Below, piece by piece: positions 19,812 through 29,960 of a stretch of DNA of 64,000 bases. Origin of the DNA: a bacterium (lineage in GTDB: Bacteria > Bacteroidota > Ignavibacteria > Kapaibacteriales > Kapaibacteriaceae); the NCBI GenBank assembly GCA_036840065.1, contig DAITZZ010000007.1, positions 2,291 to 66,290 of the forward strand. The letters are read 5' to 3'. Below the pieces are notes generated by a model that did no database searches, was not told the origin of the DNA, and saw only the letters and a program-made list of their open reading frames with translations. How positions within the stretch are numbered: position 1 is the stretch's first letter; every line of letters starts with the position of its first letter. The translations under genes were made by a program, and so were the position numbers.

Positions 19812-20946
19812 GTTCCATGTTGGACGAGCGCAGCGACTGACAGACAATCCTCGCATGGCGATGGCCTGCCGGGGAGCGGAGTATCTGCTACCCGTGTATG
19901 ACTGGGACCCAGCCGTGCGGATGGGGCCGCATCGTGCAGCATACCTGCTTGCCTCCCTTGCCTCGCTTCAGCGTGACCTTCGCGCTCGTGGTTCGGATTT
20001 GCTCTTTCGATTGCAGCCCCCTGACGAGCAGGTTCGGCACCTTTATCGTCAGGCCGAGACGCTTTACCACGTTGATGATCTGCCCATGACGCTTGAACGT
20101 CTGCCGGGTGTGTTTACATCCTTTCGACGCGATCTCGAACGATCTTCTGCGAGGTGGCGTGCGCCCTTGCCAGTGCCGATGACGCTCCCACCATTGCCTC
20201 CCGGTGTGTCATGTGCAGACGTTCCTGCGCCCGGAGAACTCGGGATCGAATTGGCCGAGGCTGATGACCGCAGTGCATTCCCGTTTCATCGTGGGGAGTT
20301 TGCCCCCGGCGAGACTGCTGCGCTCGCGCACCTTAGGCAGTATCTCGAAACCCGGCGCATTGATTCCTACAAGGCAACCCGTAATGGGCTGATCGGAACG
20401 GAGTTCTCGAGTAAGTTCTCGCCGTGGCTTGCGCTGGGCATCATCTCGGCGCGGACCATTGCCCAGGCGGTTCGGGAGTATGAACAAGAACACGGCTCGA
20501 ACGACGGGACGTACTGGCTGTGGTTCGAACTTGTCTGGCGCGACTTCTTTGCGTTCCGTGCCATGACTGAAGCATCTGCCGCAGAGAGTAGAGAGCCCCG
20601 AAATGCAAACGCTCCTTTTCGCTTGTGGTGTCAGGGGGCTACCGGCTGCCGCTTTGTCGATGCGGCTATGATCGAGCTTGCCCGAACAGGCTGGATCAGT
20701 AACCGGATGCGACAGATCGCTGCCAGTTATCTCATCTACGAGTTGCACTGTCCATGGCAGTGGGGCGAGTGGTGGTTCGCCGCGCACCTCATCGACTACG
20801 ATCCGGCTTCAAATGAAGGTAACTGGAGGTACATCGCCGGACAGGGGGCAGACCCCCGCGGTGGTCGTCGCTTCAGTATCGATCACCAGCAGCAGATGTA
20901 TGATCCTCAGCACCGCTATGCTGACTTCTGGCTCGGCGCACCGTAA
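19801..20946 (+). CDS. Cryptochrome DASH-family protein with a shortened N-terminal alpha/beta domain
   Basis: The C-terminal FAD domain is strongly Cry-DASH-like ([77 protein letters not shown]...YDP). It is only 381 aa. About 40-50 residues appear to be missing between [12 protein letters not shown] and LYHVDDLP. Confidence 0.8.
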   Translation: MAHEFHVGRAQRLTDNPRMAMACRGAEYLLPVYDWDPAVRMGPHRAAYLLASLASLQRDLRARGSDLLFRLQPPDEQVRHLYRQAETLYHVDDLPMTLERLPGVFTSFRRDLERSSARWRAPLPVPMTLPPLPPGVSCADVPAPGELGIELAEADDRSAFPFHRGEFAPGETAALAHLRQYLETRRIDSYKATRNGLIGTEFSSKFSPWLALGIISARTIAQAVREYEQEHGSNDGTYWLWFELVWRDFFAFRAMTEASAAESREPRNANAPFRLWCQGATGCRFVDAAMIELARTGWISNRMRQIAASYLIYELHCPWQWGEWWFAAHLIDYDPASNEGNWRYIAGQGADPRGGRRFSIDHQQQMYDPQHRYADFWLGAP

Positions 20947-22409
20947 TGGAAGTGCGTCTCATCCTCGGTGATCAGCTCAACGAAAATCATTCGTGGTTTT
21001 CAAGCGTCGATGCGTCGGTCGTATATGTGATGATGGAGGTTCGCAGCGAAACGGACTATGTACGTCATCACGCACAAAAGGTCATTGCGATCTTCGCCGC
21101 GATGCGGCGGTTTGCCGAGGCGCTTCGAGACAAGGGACACACGGTTGAATACGTCAAGATCACGGACCCTCTGAACCGACATGATCTGGTCGGCAACGTT
21201 CAACGCTACATCGAACGCTACTGCGCCACGTCGTTCGCGTATCAGGAGCCTGACGAGTATCGGGTTGATCAGGTCCTGATGTCTGCCTCGCGGGTTATCG
21301 GTATTGACTGTCGGTGCGTGTCGAGTGAGCACTTCCTGACCGAACGCCATCAAGCGGCCGAGTTCTTCGGATCGAGCAAGCGCTGGCTCATGGAGCGCTT
21401 CTATCGTATGATGCGGAAGCGGCATCGCATCCTGCTGACCGAGGATGGTGAGCCCCTTGGCGGCGAATGGAACTTCGACGTTGAGAATCGTGGCACGTGG
21501 AAAGGGGCTCCTGCCGAGCCCGCGGACCAGCGCCCGCATCATGACCACACGGCCCTCTGGCAGGAGATCGTTGATGCCGGAGTTGTAACGATGGGGGAGC
21601 CACATGCGGATGACATCCGCTGGCCCATCGACCGGCGGGAAGCCCTACAGCAGCTTGATGATTTCCTTGTCACGGGTCTGCGGCACTTCGGGACGTATCA
21701 GGATGCCATGCATCACGATGCACGCCGGCTGTTCCATTCACTGCTCTCATTCGCGCTCAACGTCAAGATGATCACTCCGCTGGAAGTTATCCGGAGGGTC
21801 GAAGAAGAGTATCGCCGCGGTGGCATCGAGATCAATCACGTCGAGGGTTTTATCCGTCAGATCCTCGGATGGCGAGAGTATGTGCGCGGTGTATACTGGG
21901 CACGCATGCCTGGCTACGACGAGCAGAATTTCTTTGGTCACGCCGAGCCCCTTCCCGACTGGTTCTGGACGGGGAGGACCGATATGCGATGTCTGTCATT
22001 GGCCATCGGCCAGTCGCTCGATATGGCCTATGCGCATCACATCCAGCGGCTGATGATCATCGGCAATTATGCGCTACTGGCGGGGCTCGACCCCAAAGAG
22101 GTGCACACGTGGTATCTCGGCGTGTACATCGACGCATTTGAGTGGGTAGAGCTGCCCAACACGCTCGGCATGAGTCAGTATGCCGACGGTGGATTCCTGG
22201 CCACGAAACCATATGTGTCGAGTGCTGCGTACATCAGCCGCATGAGTGACTCATGCAAGGGCTGTGCCTTTGATGCCAAGAAGAAGACCGGTCCGGGAGC
22301 CTGCCCATTTAATGCCATGTACTGGGACTTCTTCCGTAGAAATCAGGATGTGCTGCGGAGTAATCCCCGACTCGGCATCGTATACCGTCAGTTGGACCGC
22401 ACGGCGTAA
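20946..22409 (+). CDS. FeS-BCP / PhrB-like (6-4) photolyase (cryptochrome/photolyase family, 4Fe-4S type)
   Basis: N-terminus LILGDQLN is typical of COG3046-type photolyase-related proteins. The C-terminal cysteine cluster C-x2-C-x12-C (CKGCAFDAKKKTGPGAC), plus an upstream Cys (MRCLS), reproduces the PhrB 4Fe-4S ligand spacing. Its ATG overlaps the stop of the Cry-DASH gene. Confidence 0.85.
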   Translation: MEVRLILGDQLNENHSWFSSVDASVVYVMMEVRSETDYVRHHAQKVIAIFAAMRRFAEALRDKGHTVEYVKITDPLNRHDLVGNVQRYIERYCATSFAYQEPDEYRVDQVLMSASRVIGIDCRCVSSEHFLTERHQAAEFFGSSKRWLMERFYRMMRKRHRILLTEDGEPLGGEWNFDVENRGTWKGAPAEPADQRPHHDHTALWQEIVDAGVVTMGEPHADDIRWPIDRREALQQLDDFLVTGLRHFGTYQDAMHHDARRLFHSLLSFALNVKMITPLEVIRRVEEEYRRGGIEINHVEGFIRQILGWREYVRGVYWARMPGYDEQNFFGHAEPLPDWFWTGRTDMRCLSLAIGQSLDMAYAHHIQRLMIIGNYALLAGLDPKEVHTWYLGVYIDAFEWVELPNTLGMSQYADGGFLATKPYVSSAAYISRMSDSCKGCAFDAKKKTGPGACPFNAMYWDFFRRNQDVLRSNPRLGIVYRQLDRTA

Positions 22410-22417
22410 CTTGCCCC

Positions 22418-23572
22418 GTGTCGTCGATTACAATTCCAGCGCTGACCGGACTGCGGGCATTTGCTGCCGCCATCGTCTTTTTCGGTCACATCCTGACTCC
22501 GCATTACGATGTCGTGCCCGGACTTCTCCAGTATGGCTGGGCCGGCGTCAACATCTTCTTTGCTCTTTCCGGTTACCTGTTCCAGCACCTCTATTCGGAG
22601 ACGCTGATCCGGGGCACATTCTCATGGTGGGAGTACATCAAGCGACGGCTGATCCGCATCTATCCGATCACGTCCCTCGTTGTGGTGCTCTCTGCCATCT
22701 CGGCTTGGGACCGTATCACCATGATCGACATCGGATTGCATCTGACGTTGCTCCATGGCTGGCATCCCAAGTATCGGCTGTCGCTGAACGCGCCGATGTG
22801 GACGTTGACGCTCGAGGAAAGTTACTATCTCATGGCTCCGGTCATGATCTATTATCTGCGCAAGTTTTCTGACGACCTCCGAAAGCGCCTTGCGCCTGGC
22901 CCATCCGGGCTTCTGCTGGTCAAGACCTGCCTCGTAGCGCTCCTGGTCTGGATTCTCAGCTTCGCCCTCGGAAGGGGGCTTGCATCGTACCATCAGGATC
23001 TTGTCTATCAGGTGTTCGGGCTCTGGGACTGGGATGTCTTTTCCGGTACCATTTTTGGACGCTTATCAGACTTTGTGGCCGGCATGCTTGCTGCCAGCCT
23101 GATGAGCATGCATGTTCACCGGCTCAAGGGTAGGGGAGACCTCATCGTTGCGATCGGAGTGTTTCTTTTCTTCTGCTCGGCCGGTTTTATTCATACGCAC
23201 GGCGGGGCTACCGGTGTTGGTGAGCACAAATTCGGGTCGATCGCTATCAATGGCCTGGGTGCGGCCGGAGCGATCATCATCGCCGGGCTCCATGCCGGGG
23301 GCTGGTTTTCACGTCTCCTCTCATCGCGCGTGGCGGTGGTGCTGGGGGAGTGTTCCTTTGCTCTCTACTTGATCCAGTTCATGCCGGTGGGCCCCTTTCC
23401 AAAGATCAGCATGGCCCTTCAGGGCGGCCTGGAATCAGCGGGGGTACATTTCCTGCTGGCGGCACTGACCAGTTATCTCGTCATGAATCTTGCCGCCTTG
23501 CTCCTGCACAGACTCTACGAGCGTCCGCTGGGTCTGGCCATGCGGCGGAAGTGGCTCAAAAGAGGGACATAA
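22418..23572 (+). CDS. Acyltransferase family 3 (OafA/YrhL-like) membrane protein
   Basis: ALTGLRAFAAAIVFFGH start motif, about 10 predicted TM segments, 384 aa, GTG start. Confidence 0.8.
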   Translation: MSSITIPALTGLRAFAAAIVFFGHILTPHYDVVPGLLQYGWAGVNIFFALSGYLFQHLYSETLIRGTFSWWEYIKRRLIRIYPITSLVVVLSAISAWDRITMIDIGLHLTLLHGWHPKYRLSLNAPMWTLTLEESYYLMAPVMIYYLRKFSDDLRKRLAPGPSGLLLVKTCLVALLVWILSFALGRGLASYHQDLVYQVFGLWDWDVFSGTIFGRLSDFVAGMLAASLMSMHVHRLKGRGDLIVAIGVFLFFCSAGFIHTHGGATGVGEHKFGSIAINGLGAAGAIIIAGLHAGGWFSRLLSSRVAVVLGECSFALYLIQFMPVGPFPKISMALQGGLESAGVHFLLAALTSYLVMNLAALLLHRLYERPLGLAMRRKWLKRGT

Positions 23573-23605
23573 AAAAAGACCGCACGATGTGCGGTCTTTG
23601 CGGCT
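23571..23605. terminator. Bidirectional rho-independent terminator
   Basis: Stem AGACCGCAC (23577-23585) / GTGCGGTCT (23589-23597) with an A-tract upstream and a T-tract downstream. It lies between the convergent acyltransferase (+) and tRNA-Arg/rpsT (-) genes. Confidence 0.7.
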
Positions 23606-23614
23606 TTCAGTTTT

Positions 23615-23691
23615 TGGCGGACCCGTAGGGATTCGAACCCCAAACCTTCTGATCCGTAGTCAGATGCTCTATCCAGTTGAGCTACGGGTCC
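23615..23691 (-). tRNA. tRNA-Arg (anticodon ACG), CCA encoded
   Basis: The reverse complement reads GGACCCG-TA-GCTC..GAGC; anticodon stem TCTGA/TCAGA with loop CTACGGA; T-arm GGGGTTCGAATCCCT.; acceptor CGGGTCC + G + CCA. Confidence 0.88.
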
Positions 23692-23708
23692 GTAGGAACG
23701 TTGACGGC

Positions 23709-23966
23709 TTACGCCATCATCTTCTTGACAGCCTTTGTCAGGCGGCTCTTCTTGTTTGCCGCATTGTTCTTCTTGATGATACCACGGGCAGCAACGCGAT
23801 CGAGAATGCTGAACGCGGCACGAAGTGCTTCCTGTGCAGCATCCACTGTTGTTGCTGTGCGCACAGCCTTGATGGCCTCGCGCATGACCTTCTTATTTCC
23901 GCGGTTGTAGATCTTGCGCTTCTTCGACTGACGAATGCGCTTGATCGCTGACTTATGATGTGCCAT
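23709..23966 (-). CDS. rpsT: 30S ribosomal protein S20
   Basis: MAHHKSAIKRIRQSKKRK.YN... is the canonical S20 N-terminus, 85 aa. The start is the internal ATG of ORF 23709..24035. Confidence 0.95.
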   Translation of the reverse strand: MAHHKSAIKRIRQSKKRKIYNRGNKKVMREAIKAVRTATTVDAAQEALRAAFSILDRVAARGIIKKNNAANKKSRLTKAVKKMMA

Positions 23967-24005
23967 GTGTGTGGCGCCTGAGGATTCGTGAAAACTTTTG
24001 GGCCG

Positions 24006-24036
24006 CAAAGATAGGCAAGAAAACAGAATCCGCAAA
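24006..24036 (-). promoter_or_regulatory. Bacteroidetes/FCB-type promoter for rpsT
   Basis: On the minus strand: TTTG (24036-24033), a 19-nt spacer, then TATCTTTG (24013-24006). This is an exact fit to -33 TTTG / -7 TAnnTTTG and lies about 40 nt upstream of the rpsT ATG. Confidence 0.55.
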
Positions 24037-24072
24037 CGTATCCGTAGTTATGGAATAGCTAGTTTTGCTTTG

Positions 24073-24990
24073 ATGACCCTGTTAGAACAATTGGCCACCC
24101 TCACAACCGAAGAGGTCAACCCCAGGACGCTGGACATTGACCGAGCAGATGCTCGCGGCATTGTCGGGATGCTCCATGCCGAGGACGTGACCATATCCGG
24201 CGCAATCGCCACCGAATTGGATCATGTTGCCGAGGCCGTTGAGATGGTTGCCGATGCGCTGCGTAGCGGGGGGCGGCTGATCTACGTCGGAGCCGGGACC
24301 AGCGGCCGTTTGGGCATTCTTGACTCATCCGAGATGCCCCCTACCTATGGAACCGACCCAATAGTAGTCCAGGGAATCATTGCCGGAGGCCAGGGGGCGG
24401 TTTTTCGTTCTATTGAGGGGGCGGAGGATTCGTCGGAAGCAGGAGCTCGAGCACTTGATGAGGTTGAGGTTGGAGTACTCGACGTGGTCTGCGGGATCTC
24501 GGCAAGCGGGCGCACGCCGTTTGTGACGGGAGCGATTGAGCACGCTCTTGGTAAGGGGGCGAGGACGATCTTCCTGACCACAAATCCCCGTCATGTGGTT
24601 CGGCCGTATGTCCCGAACGTCCACGTGCTCATCTGTCCGGTGGTCGGACCCGAGCCCATCGCGGGGTCGACCCGCATGAAATCGGGCACAGCTCAAAAGA
24701 TGGTCCTGAACATGATCACCACCGGAGCAATGGTCCGCCTCGGCAAGACCTACGGGAATGTGATGGTCGACCTGCAGCTAACCAACGAGAAACTGCGCGT
24801 TCGGGCCTGCCGCATCATCATGTCGATATGTGGTCTGGGGCTTGAGCAGGCGGTTGAGCTCATTGAGTCCGCCGGCGGACATGTTAAGACCGCGCTTGTG
24901 ATGCAAGCGCATTCCTGTTCACGAGAAGAAGCCGTTGAACGTCTGCACGCGGCCAACGGAATTGTACGAATTGCAATGGAGAATACCTGA
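24073..24990 (+). CDS. murQ: N-acetylmuramic acid 6-phosphate etherase
   Basis: LTTEE.NP.T.DID, a SIS domain with GRLIYVGAGTSGRLG.LD..E.PPT(Y)G, and STR.K.GTAQK..LN. The start is ATG 24073 (305 aa). A TAGTTTTG -7-like box lies at 24060-24067. Confidence 0.9.
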   Translation: MTLLEQLATLTTEEVNPRTLDIDRADARGIVGMLHAEDVTISGAIATELDHVAEAVEMVADALRSGGRLIYVGAGTSGRLGILDSSEMPPTYGTDPIVVQGIIAGGQGAVFRSIEGAEDSSEAGARALDEVEVGVLDVVCGISASGRTPFVTGAIEHALGKGARTIFLTTNPRHVVRPYVPNVHVLICPVVGPEPIAGSTRMKSGTAQKMVLNMITTGAMVRLGKTYGNVMVDLQLTNEKLRVRACRIIMSICGLGLEQAVELIESAGGHVKTALVMQAHSCSREEAVERLHAANGIVRIAMENT

Positions 24991-25595
24991 TGACATTGAA
25001 TGACCTTGTGGCCCTGGCCGCCGAGAAGGGGCTAACATTCGACCAGTTCATGATGCGTGCAGAGCAGAGGATGAACGCCAATAATCCCGACGATAACTTC
25101 GCTGCCGGGCGGCCGCTGAATTTTTCGCGCATGACGCGGCACGTGAAGACCTATGAACCCAGCGATGCGATACGCAACGTCATGTCGGAGATCCAGCAAC
25201 CGCAGCTGTGGGTGACCATGACCGAAGACTGGTGTGGTGACTCAGCACAGACGCTGCCTGTGCTGGCTGCCATCGCTGAATTGAGTCCGAATGTCTCGCT
25301 TCGCATCCTCGACCGGGACACCTACCCCGAAGCCATGGAAATGTACCTGACCAATGGGGCACGCTCGATTCCGATCGTTGTCGCAACGCAGGTTGGAGAC
25401 AACGGCATGAGTGAGGAATTGTGGGTTTGGGGTCCGCGTCCGGATGCTGCAAAGCCCCTTGTCACGGCGTGGAAGAACGAGCATGAAACGAACACCGACT
25501 GGTATCCGCTGTTGCATACCTGGTATGCTCAGAATGCGCACCAGCACGTTGAATCAGACATTCTCGGGCGCATCAATGCGCTCGTGCAGAGGTAA
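24990..25595 (+). CDS. Thioredoxin-fold family protein (single-Cys WCGDS motif)
   Basis: 201 aa. ..WVTMTEDWCGDSAQTLPVLA.. is a thioredoxin-like active-site context. It overlaps the murQ stop by 1 nt. Confidence 0.6.
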   Translation: MTLNDLVALAAEKGLTFDQFMMRAEQRMNANNPDDNFAAGRPLNFSRMTRHVKTYEPSDAIRNVMSEIQQPQLWVTMTEDWCGDSAQTLPVLAAIAELSPNVSLRILDRDTYPEAMEMYLTNGARSIPIVVATQVGDNGMSEELWVWGPRPDAAKPLVTAWKNEHETNTDWYPLLHTWYAQNAHQHVESDILGRINALVQR

Positions 25596-26237
25596 GTGAT
25601 GGAGCTCTTTTCGGGTCTTATCGACTTCATTCTGCACATCGATAGCCATCTGGTGTCGATCACTTCGGCGTATGGCGTCTGGGCTTATGCCATTTTGTTT
25701 TTGATCGTTTTTGCTGAGACGGGGCTGGTGGTCACGCCATTTCTACCGGGCGATTCTCTTCTGTTTGCAGCCGGTGCAATATGCTCGCTCGGTACCATGG
25801 ACGTGAACCTGCTGGGACTGTTGCTGATCGTTGCCGCCATCCTGGGCGATGGCGTCAACTACGCCATCGGAGCTCGAGTTGGCCCGAAGGTATTCAACAG
25901 ACCATCGTCCAGATTGCTGAATGTCGAGCATCTGCGGCGCGCACATGCGTTTTATGAAAAGCATGGTGGAAAGACCATCGTTCTTGCCCGGTTCATGCCC
26001 ATCGTACGGACATTTGCACCGTTTGTGGCGGGAATCGGAAAGATGTCCTATCGTCAGTTTCTCGTCTACAACGTCGTCGGTGCGGTGGTTTGGGTGGTGT
26101 CTTTTCTGGCCCTGGGGTACTTCTTTGGGAACCAGCCACTCGTGAAGAAGAATTTCACTATGGTCATCGCGGCGATCATTGTTATCAGTGTTATCCCGGC
26201 CGTTGTGGAGGTGATGCGAGCGCGGAAGGAATTGTAA
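25596..26237 (+). CDS. DedA family inner-membrane protein
   Basis: [21 protein letters not shown] and [16 protein letters not shown] are DedA/SNARE-associated signature segments. 213 aa. Confidence 0.88.
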   Translation: MMELFSGLIDFILHIDSHLVSITSAYGVWAYAILFLIVFAETGLVVTPFLPGDSLLFAAGAICSLGTMDVNLLGLLLIVAAILGDGVNYAIGARVGPKVFNRPSSRLLNVEHLRRAHAFYEKHGGKTIVLARFMPIVRTFAPFVAGIGKMSYRQFLVYNVVGAVVWVVSFLALGYFFGNQPLVKKNFTMVIAAIIVISVIPAVVEVMRARKEL

Positions 26238-26247
26238 CTTGAACGAA

Positions 26248-26333
26248 CGCTTGGATGGCGAAACTGGCAGACGCACGAGACTTAAAATCTCGTGTCCCGT
26301 AAGGGACGTGCGGGTTCAAGCCCCGCTCCAAGC
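26248..26333 (+). tRNA. tRNA-Leu (anticodon TAA), long variable arm
   Basis: Acceptor GCTTGGA/TCCAAGC; anticodon stem CGAGA/TCTCG with loop CTTAAAA; variable hairpin GTCCC-GTAA-GGGAC; T-arm GCGGG-TTCAAGC-CCCGC. Confidence 0.88.
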
Positions 26334-26369
26334 ACATTTCGAAACTGCTGATCCGGAGAGGCATTCCTG

Positions 26370-29300
26370 ATGCGCACCCTGTTGTCGGTCTGTGGGGTAG
26401 TTCTACTCCTCACTCTGCAAGCTGCCTCGCAGCAGCGCCCCCTGTTTGAACGTCTGATGCCCGAGAGCACCGGCATTGATTTCCGGCAGCGCCACTCGAA
26501 GATCATACTTTCGAAAGACTCCTTGTCGAAGATTAACTCCATGGTGCCTGGTGCTGGGGTTGCCATCGGCGACTTCACCGGCGATGGACGTCCGGATATC
26601 GTATTCTCGGCATTCTCCGGCTGCGGTTTTTACCGCAATGACGGCGAGTTTCGCTTTACGGACGTTACGGCTGAGACGGGTATACCCGTGGACTCAACGT
26701 TCTTTGCCACGGGCGTCAATCTCGTTGATATCGACGCCGATGGTGACCTTGATCTTTTTGTCGCACGCTGGCAGAATACCTGCCGGCTGCTTATTAACGA
26801 CGGCAAGGGGCGGTTCACAGAGCAGGCCGCAGCCTACGGGCTCGACTACAAAGACGAAACCGTGCACAGCGTTTTTTTCGACTACAACGGTGACGGCCTA
26901 CTGGACTGCTATCTGGTGACCTACTCCAACTGGTATGCGATGCGGACGGCCCCCAGGCCCCCTGACTCGGTAGAACAGGCCGAGTCCGTGCGGCGTCAGC
27001 GAGAAGGAACCGCCATCCCCAGATTTGAATCATCCTCCGGCCGTTTGCTCGATGATCAGATGCAGCGGCTGCGCGACCTGCCGGCAAGCGAGGTCCGCCA
27101 TCAGGGGCACACGGACAAGCTCTATCGTAATCTCGGGAATGGCCGATTCGAAGACGCCTCGTATTCGGCGTGGATCGGCGATCGTGGAATGGGGCTTAGT
27201 GCAACGGTTGCCGATATCAACCTTGATGGATGGCCCGACATCTACGTAGCAAATGACTTCAATTCTACCGACCTCATCTATCTGAACAACGGTGATGGGA
27301 GCTTTGCCGAGAGCATGAAGAAGGTGACGCGTCGGGCCAGTGTTTTTAGTATGGGTAGCGACGTGGCCGACCTCAATCGCGATGGTTTGCCGGATATCAT
27401 CACAACGGACATGCTGCCGAAGACCCACGTGCGGCGCATCCTGAACGTCGGGGTCAGCGGCGACATGTCCATCTACAACCCTACCTATGACTCTAATCAG
27501 GTCTCGCGAAACATGGTGCAGCTCAACCGTGGCTACAATCAGTTTTCCGAGATCGGATACATGACGGGAATGGCCGCTACGGACTGGAGTTGGGCATGTC
27601 TGATGCAGGACTTTGACCTCGACGGCCTGACGGATGTCTATATCGCCAATGGGTATACATCTGACCTGTCGAATCAGGATTATGTCTACAACATGAATCG
27701 TCGTGAAATCGTCGACATCCCCCTCATTGAAGCACTGCGTGAACCAAACTTCATGTTCCGGCAGACATCGTATCTGCGGTTTGAGGATGCGACAAGGTCG
27801 TGGGGATTGAACGATACCAGCACCACCTTCGGGACGGCCTATGCAGACCTCGACAACGATGGCGACCTTGATCTCGTGGTGCCGAACTTCGACACCGTGG
27901 CGTTTGTCTATCGCAATCATGCCCGGGAGCAGTCGACCGGGAACTTCCTGTCCGTAAAACTCAAAGGTATCGGCGGTAACACCGGAGGCCTTGGCGCAAA
28001 AGTCCGCGTCGTTGCGGGTGGCTCCTCCCAGTATCGTGAAAACTATCCTGTGCGCGGATATCAGTCGCGAATGGACGACAAGATGGTCATTGGTCTCGGT
28101 GCGGCAGGCATGGTTGATTCCTTGATCGTCCAGTGGCCAGATCGAACAGCCGAGGTGCGCACGCAGATACCGGCGAACTCCCACGTGGACGTCGATCAGT
28201 CGCAGGCAGCCCCCTCTCCGATCTCCTGGTTTCGACCATCTCAGCCGGACACAACGGTTTTCGTCGACATCACGGAATCGTCAGGGCTGAATTTCTGGCA
28301 CAAGGAGAACTACTTCGATGATTTCAAACGCTACCGGCTCATGCCCACACGGGTATCGTGGGGCGGGCCTGCCGTAGCGGTGGCGGACATTAACGGTGAC
28401 GGACTCGACGACGTGATGTTCGGTAACTCCAAAGGTTTCAACCCTGCGACGTTCATTCAAAAATCACCAGGGACGTTCGCAGCATATGCGACCGGTCTGG
28501 ACGGAGTGGACACCACGTTTGAAACACAGGCAATGTTGCTGATCGACATCGACAAGGATGGCGATCGTGACCTCGTTTGTGGTGGCGGTGGGGCAGAGTT
28601 TGGACTTACCGAGCGAGAGCGAGGCCTGCGCGTTTACCGCAACGATGGTAAGGGGCGATTCTCTAAGGCTGGCGTGGTGCTTTCGGACGTAGTGACCAAC
28701 GCTACAACGCTGAACGCCTGTGACGTTGATGCAGACGGTGACATGGACCTCTTTGTTGGGGGTGGCGTAGCAACCGACATGTACCCGTACTGCGACCGAA
28801 GCTACCTCCTGCTTAATGATGGCAAGGGGGCATTTCGAGATGTTACTGATAGCCTTGCTCCTGGACTCCGAACGATTGGAATTGTGCGTTCGGCACTCTG
28901 GAGCGATGTCGATAACGATAATCGTTTCGATCTTATCGTCGTGGGGGAATGGATGCCCATCACCATGTTCCGCAATGAAGGGGGCAGACTGGTTGATGTG
29001 ACAAAGGCCTGGGGGCTGGACTCTACAACGAGCTGGTGGTATAGCATTACGGGTGCGGACTTTGACAATGACGGGGACATCGACTATATCTGTGGCAATC
29101 ACGGCGAGAACTCCCGCTACACCGCAACAAAGGAAGCTCCCATCGAGATATATGCCGGAGACTTCGATGACAACGGCAGCGTCGATCCTCTCATCACCTA
29201 TATCGTCGATGGGAAGAAACAGCTCGTGCGCGAGCGTCCAAAGGTCTTCTCGCAGATGCCTACGCTCAATCGCAAGTTCAACGACTTCGTGGACTTTGCG

Positions 29301-29960
29301 TTTGCCTCAATCAACGAGGTTGTCGATTCGGCAATGCTTGATACCTGCTATCATCGTTCGGTAGCAAGCATGCAGTCGCTGATCCTGGTGAATAACGGTA
29401 ATGGCTCGTTCACCGCTCGCCCCCTCCCACTCGAAGCACAGTTTGCGCCCATTATGGGCATTGAGGCGATCGACCTCAACGACGATGAATGGCTAGACCT
29501 TGTCGTTACCGGCAACATGTACGGGGCAGAGGACGACGTTGTGCGTTATGATGCTGGAAAGGGGCTTGTCCTTGTCGGAAGCAGGACCGGTGAATTCCGC
29601 CCTCTGAGTTTGTTCGAGTCGGGTTTTATCAGCCAGTTTGACGCCCGAGGCCTTGTTTCGGTGAGAAACACTGTCAAGGGACAGGTGCCGTTTGTTTTGC
29701 TCTCTGCCGTAAATCAAGGTCCAGCATTGGCTTACGCCCCAAACGAACAACTGGCAGAGTCGCTCAAAGTGCTTTCGGTCGACCCCAGTCGAGTGCAAAA
29801 AATTGCCCTTCGCATTGGAACTTTCACCCGAAGCATGGAAGTTTATTGCGGGAGTGCCTACCGAAGTCAGACAAGCTGCAATGCTCTGATTCCGTCGCGG
29901 GCAACAGTCGTTGGACGCCCGCCTGCACAGGGCGCTGTTAAGGAGCGGTCCCGACGGTGA
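26370..29960 (+). CDS. CRTAC1/ASPIC-UnbV family protein with two FG-GAP (VCBS) repeat modules
   Basis: Signal peptide. Many D.D.DGD.D FG-GAP calcium-loop repeats. A central UnbV_ASPIC-like block (GAKVRVVAGGSSQYRE...GYQSRMDDKMVIGLG) and a degenerate second copy near the C-terminus (YCGSAYRSQTS). No T9SS CTD is seen. Confidence 0.8.
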   Translation: MRTLLSVCGVVLLLTLQAASQQRPLFERLMPESTGIDFRQRHSKIILSKDSLSKINSMVPGAGVAIGDFTGDGRPDIVFSAFSGCGFYRNDGEFRFTDVTAETGIPVDSTFFATGVNLVDIDADGDLDLFVARWQNTCRLLINDGKGRFTEQAAAYGLDYKDETVHSVFFDYNGDGLLDCYLVTYSNWYAMRTAPRPPDSVEQAESVRRQREGTAIPRFESSSGRLLDDQMQRLRDLPASEVRHQGHTDKLYRNLGNGRFEDASYSAWIGDRGMGLSATVADINLDGWPDIYVANDFNSTDLIYLNNGDGSFAESMKKVTRRASVFSMGSDVADLNRDGLPDIITTDMLPKTHVRRILNVGVSGDMSIYNPTYDSNQVSRNMVQLNRGYNQFSEIGYMTGMAATDWSWACLMQDFDLDGLTDVYIANGYTSDLSNQDYVYNMNRREIVDIPLIEALREPNFMFRQTSYLRFEDATRSWGLNDTSTTFGTAYADLDNDGDLDLVVPNFDTVAFVYRNHAREQSTGNFLSVKLKGIGGNTGGLGAKVRVVAGGSSQYRENYPVRGYQSRMDDKMVIGLGAAGMVDSLIVQWPDRTAEVRTQIPANSHVDVDQSQAAPSPISWFRPSQPDTTVFVDITESSGLNFWHKENYFDDFKRYRLMPTRVSWGGPAVAVADINGDGLDDVMFGNSKGFNPATFIQKSPGTFAAYATGLDGVDTTFETQAMLLIDIDKDGDRDLVCGGGGAEFGLTERERGLRVYRNDGKGRFSKAGVVLSDVVTNATTLNACDVDADGDMDLFVGGGVATDMYPYCDRSYLLLNDGKGAFRDVTDSLAPGLRTIGIVRSALWSDVDNDNRFDLIVVGEWMPITMFRNEGGRLVDVTKAWGLDSTTSWWYSITGADFDNDGDIDYICGNHGENSRYTATKEAPIEIYAGDFDDNGSVDPLITYIVDGKKQLVRERPKVFSQMPTLNRKFNDFVDFAFASINEVVDSAMLDTCYHRSVASMQSLILVNNGNGSFTARPLPLEAQFAPIMGIEAIDLNDDEWLDLVVTGNMYGAEDDVVRYDAGKGLVLVGSRTGEFRPLSLFESGFISQFDARGLVSVRNTVKGQVPFVLLSAVNQGPALAYAPNEQLAESLKVLSVDPSRVQKIALRIGTFTRSMEVYCGSAYRSQTSCNALIPSRATVVGRPPAQGAVKERSRR

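Noticed and set aside
22246-22872. 208-aa ORF bridging the end of the FeS-BCP photolyase gene and the start of the acyltransferase gene.
   Set aside because: It is out of frame with two genes that have clear family motifs, and it shows no motifs of its own.
23490-23951. 153-aa plus-strand ORF spanning the tRNA-Arg and rpsT region.
   Set aside because: It overlaps a well-folded tRNA and is antisense to the canonical S20 gene.
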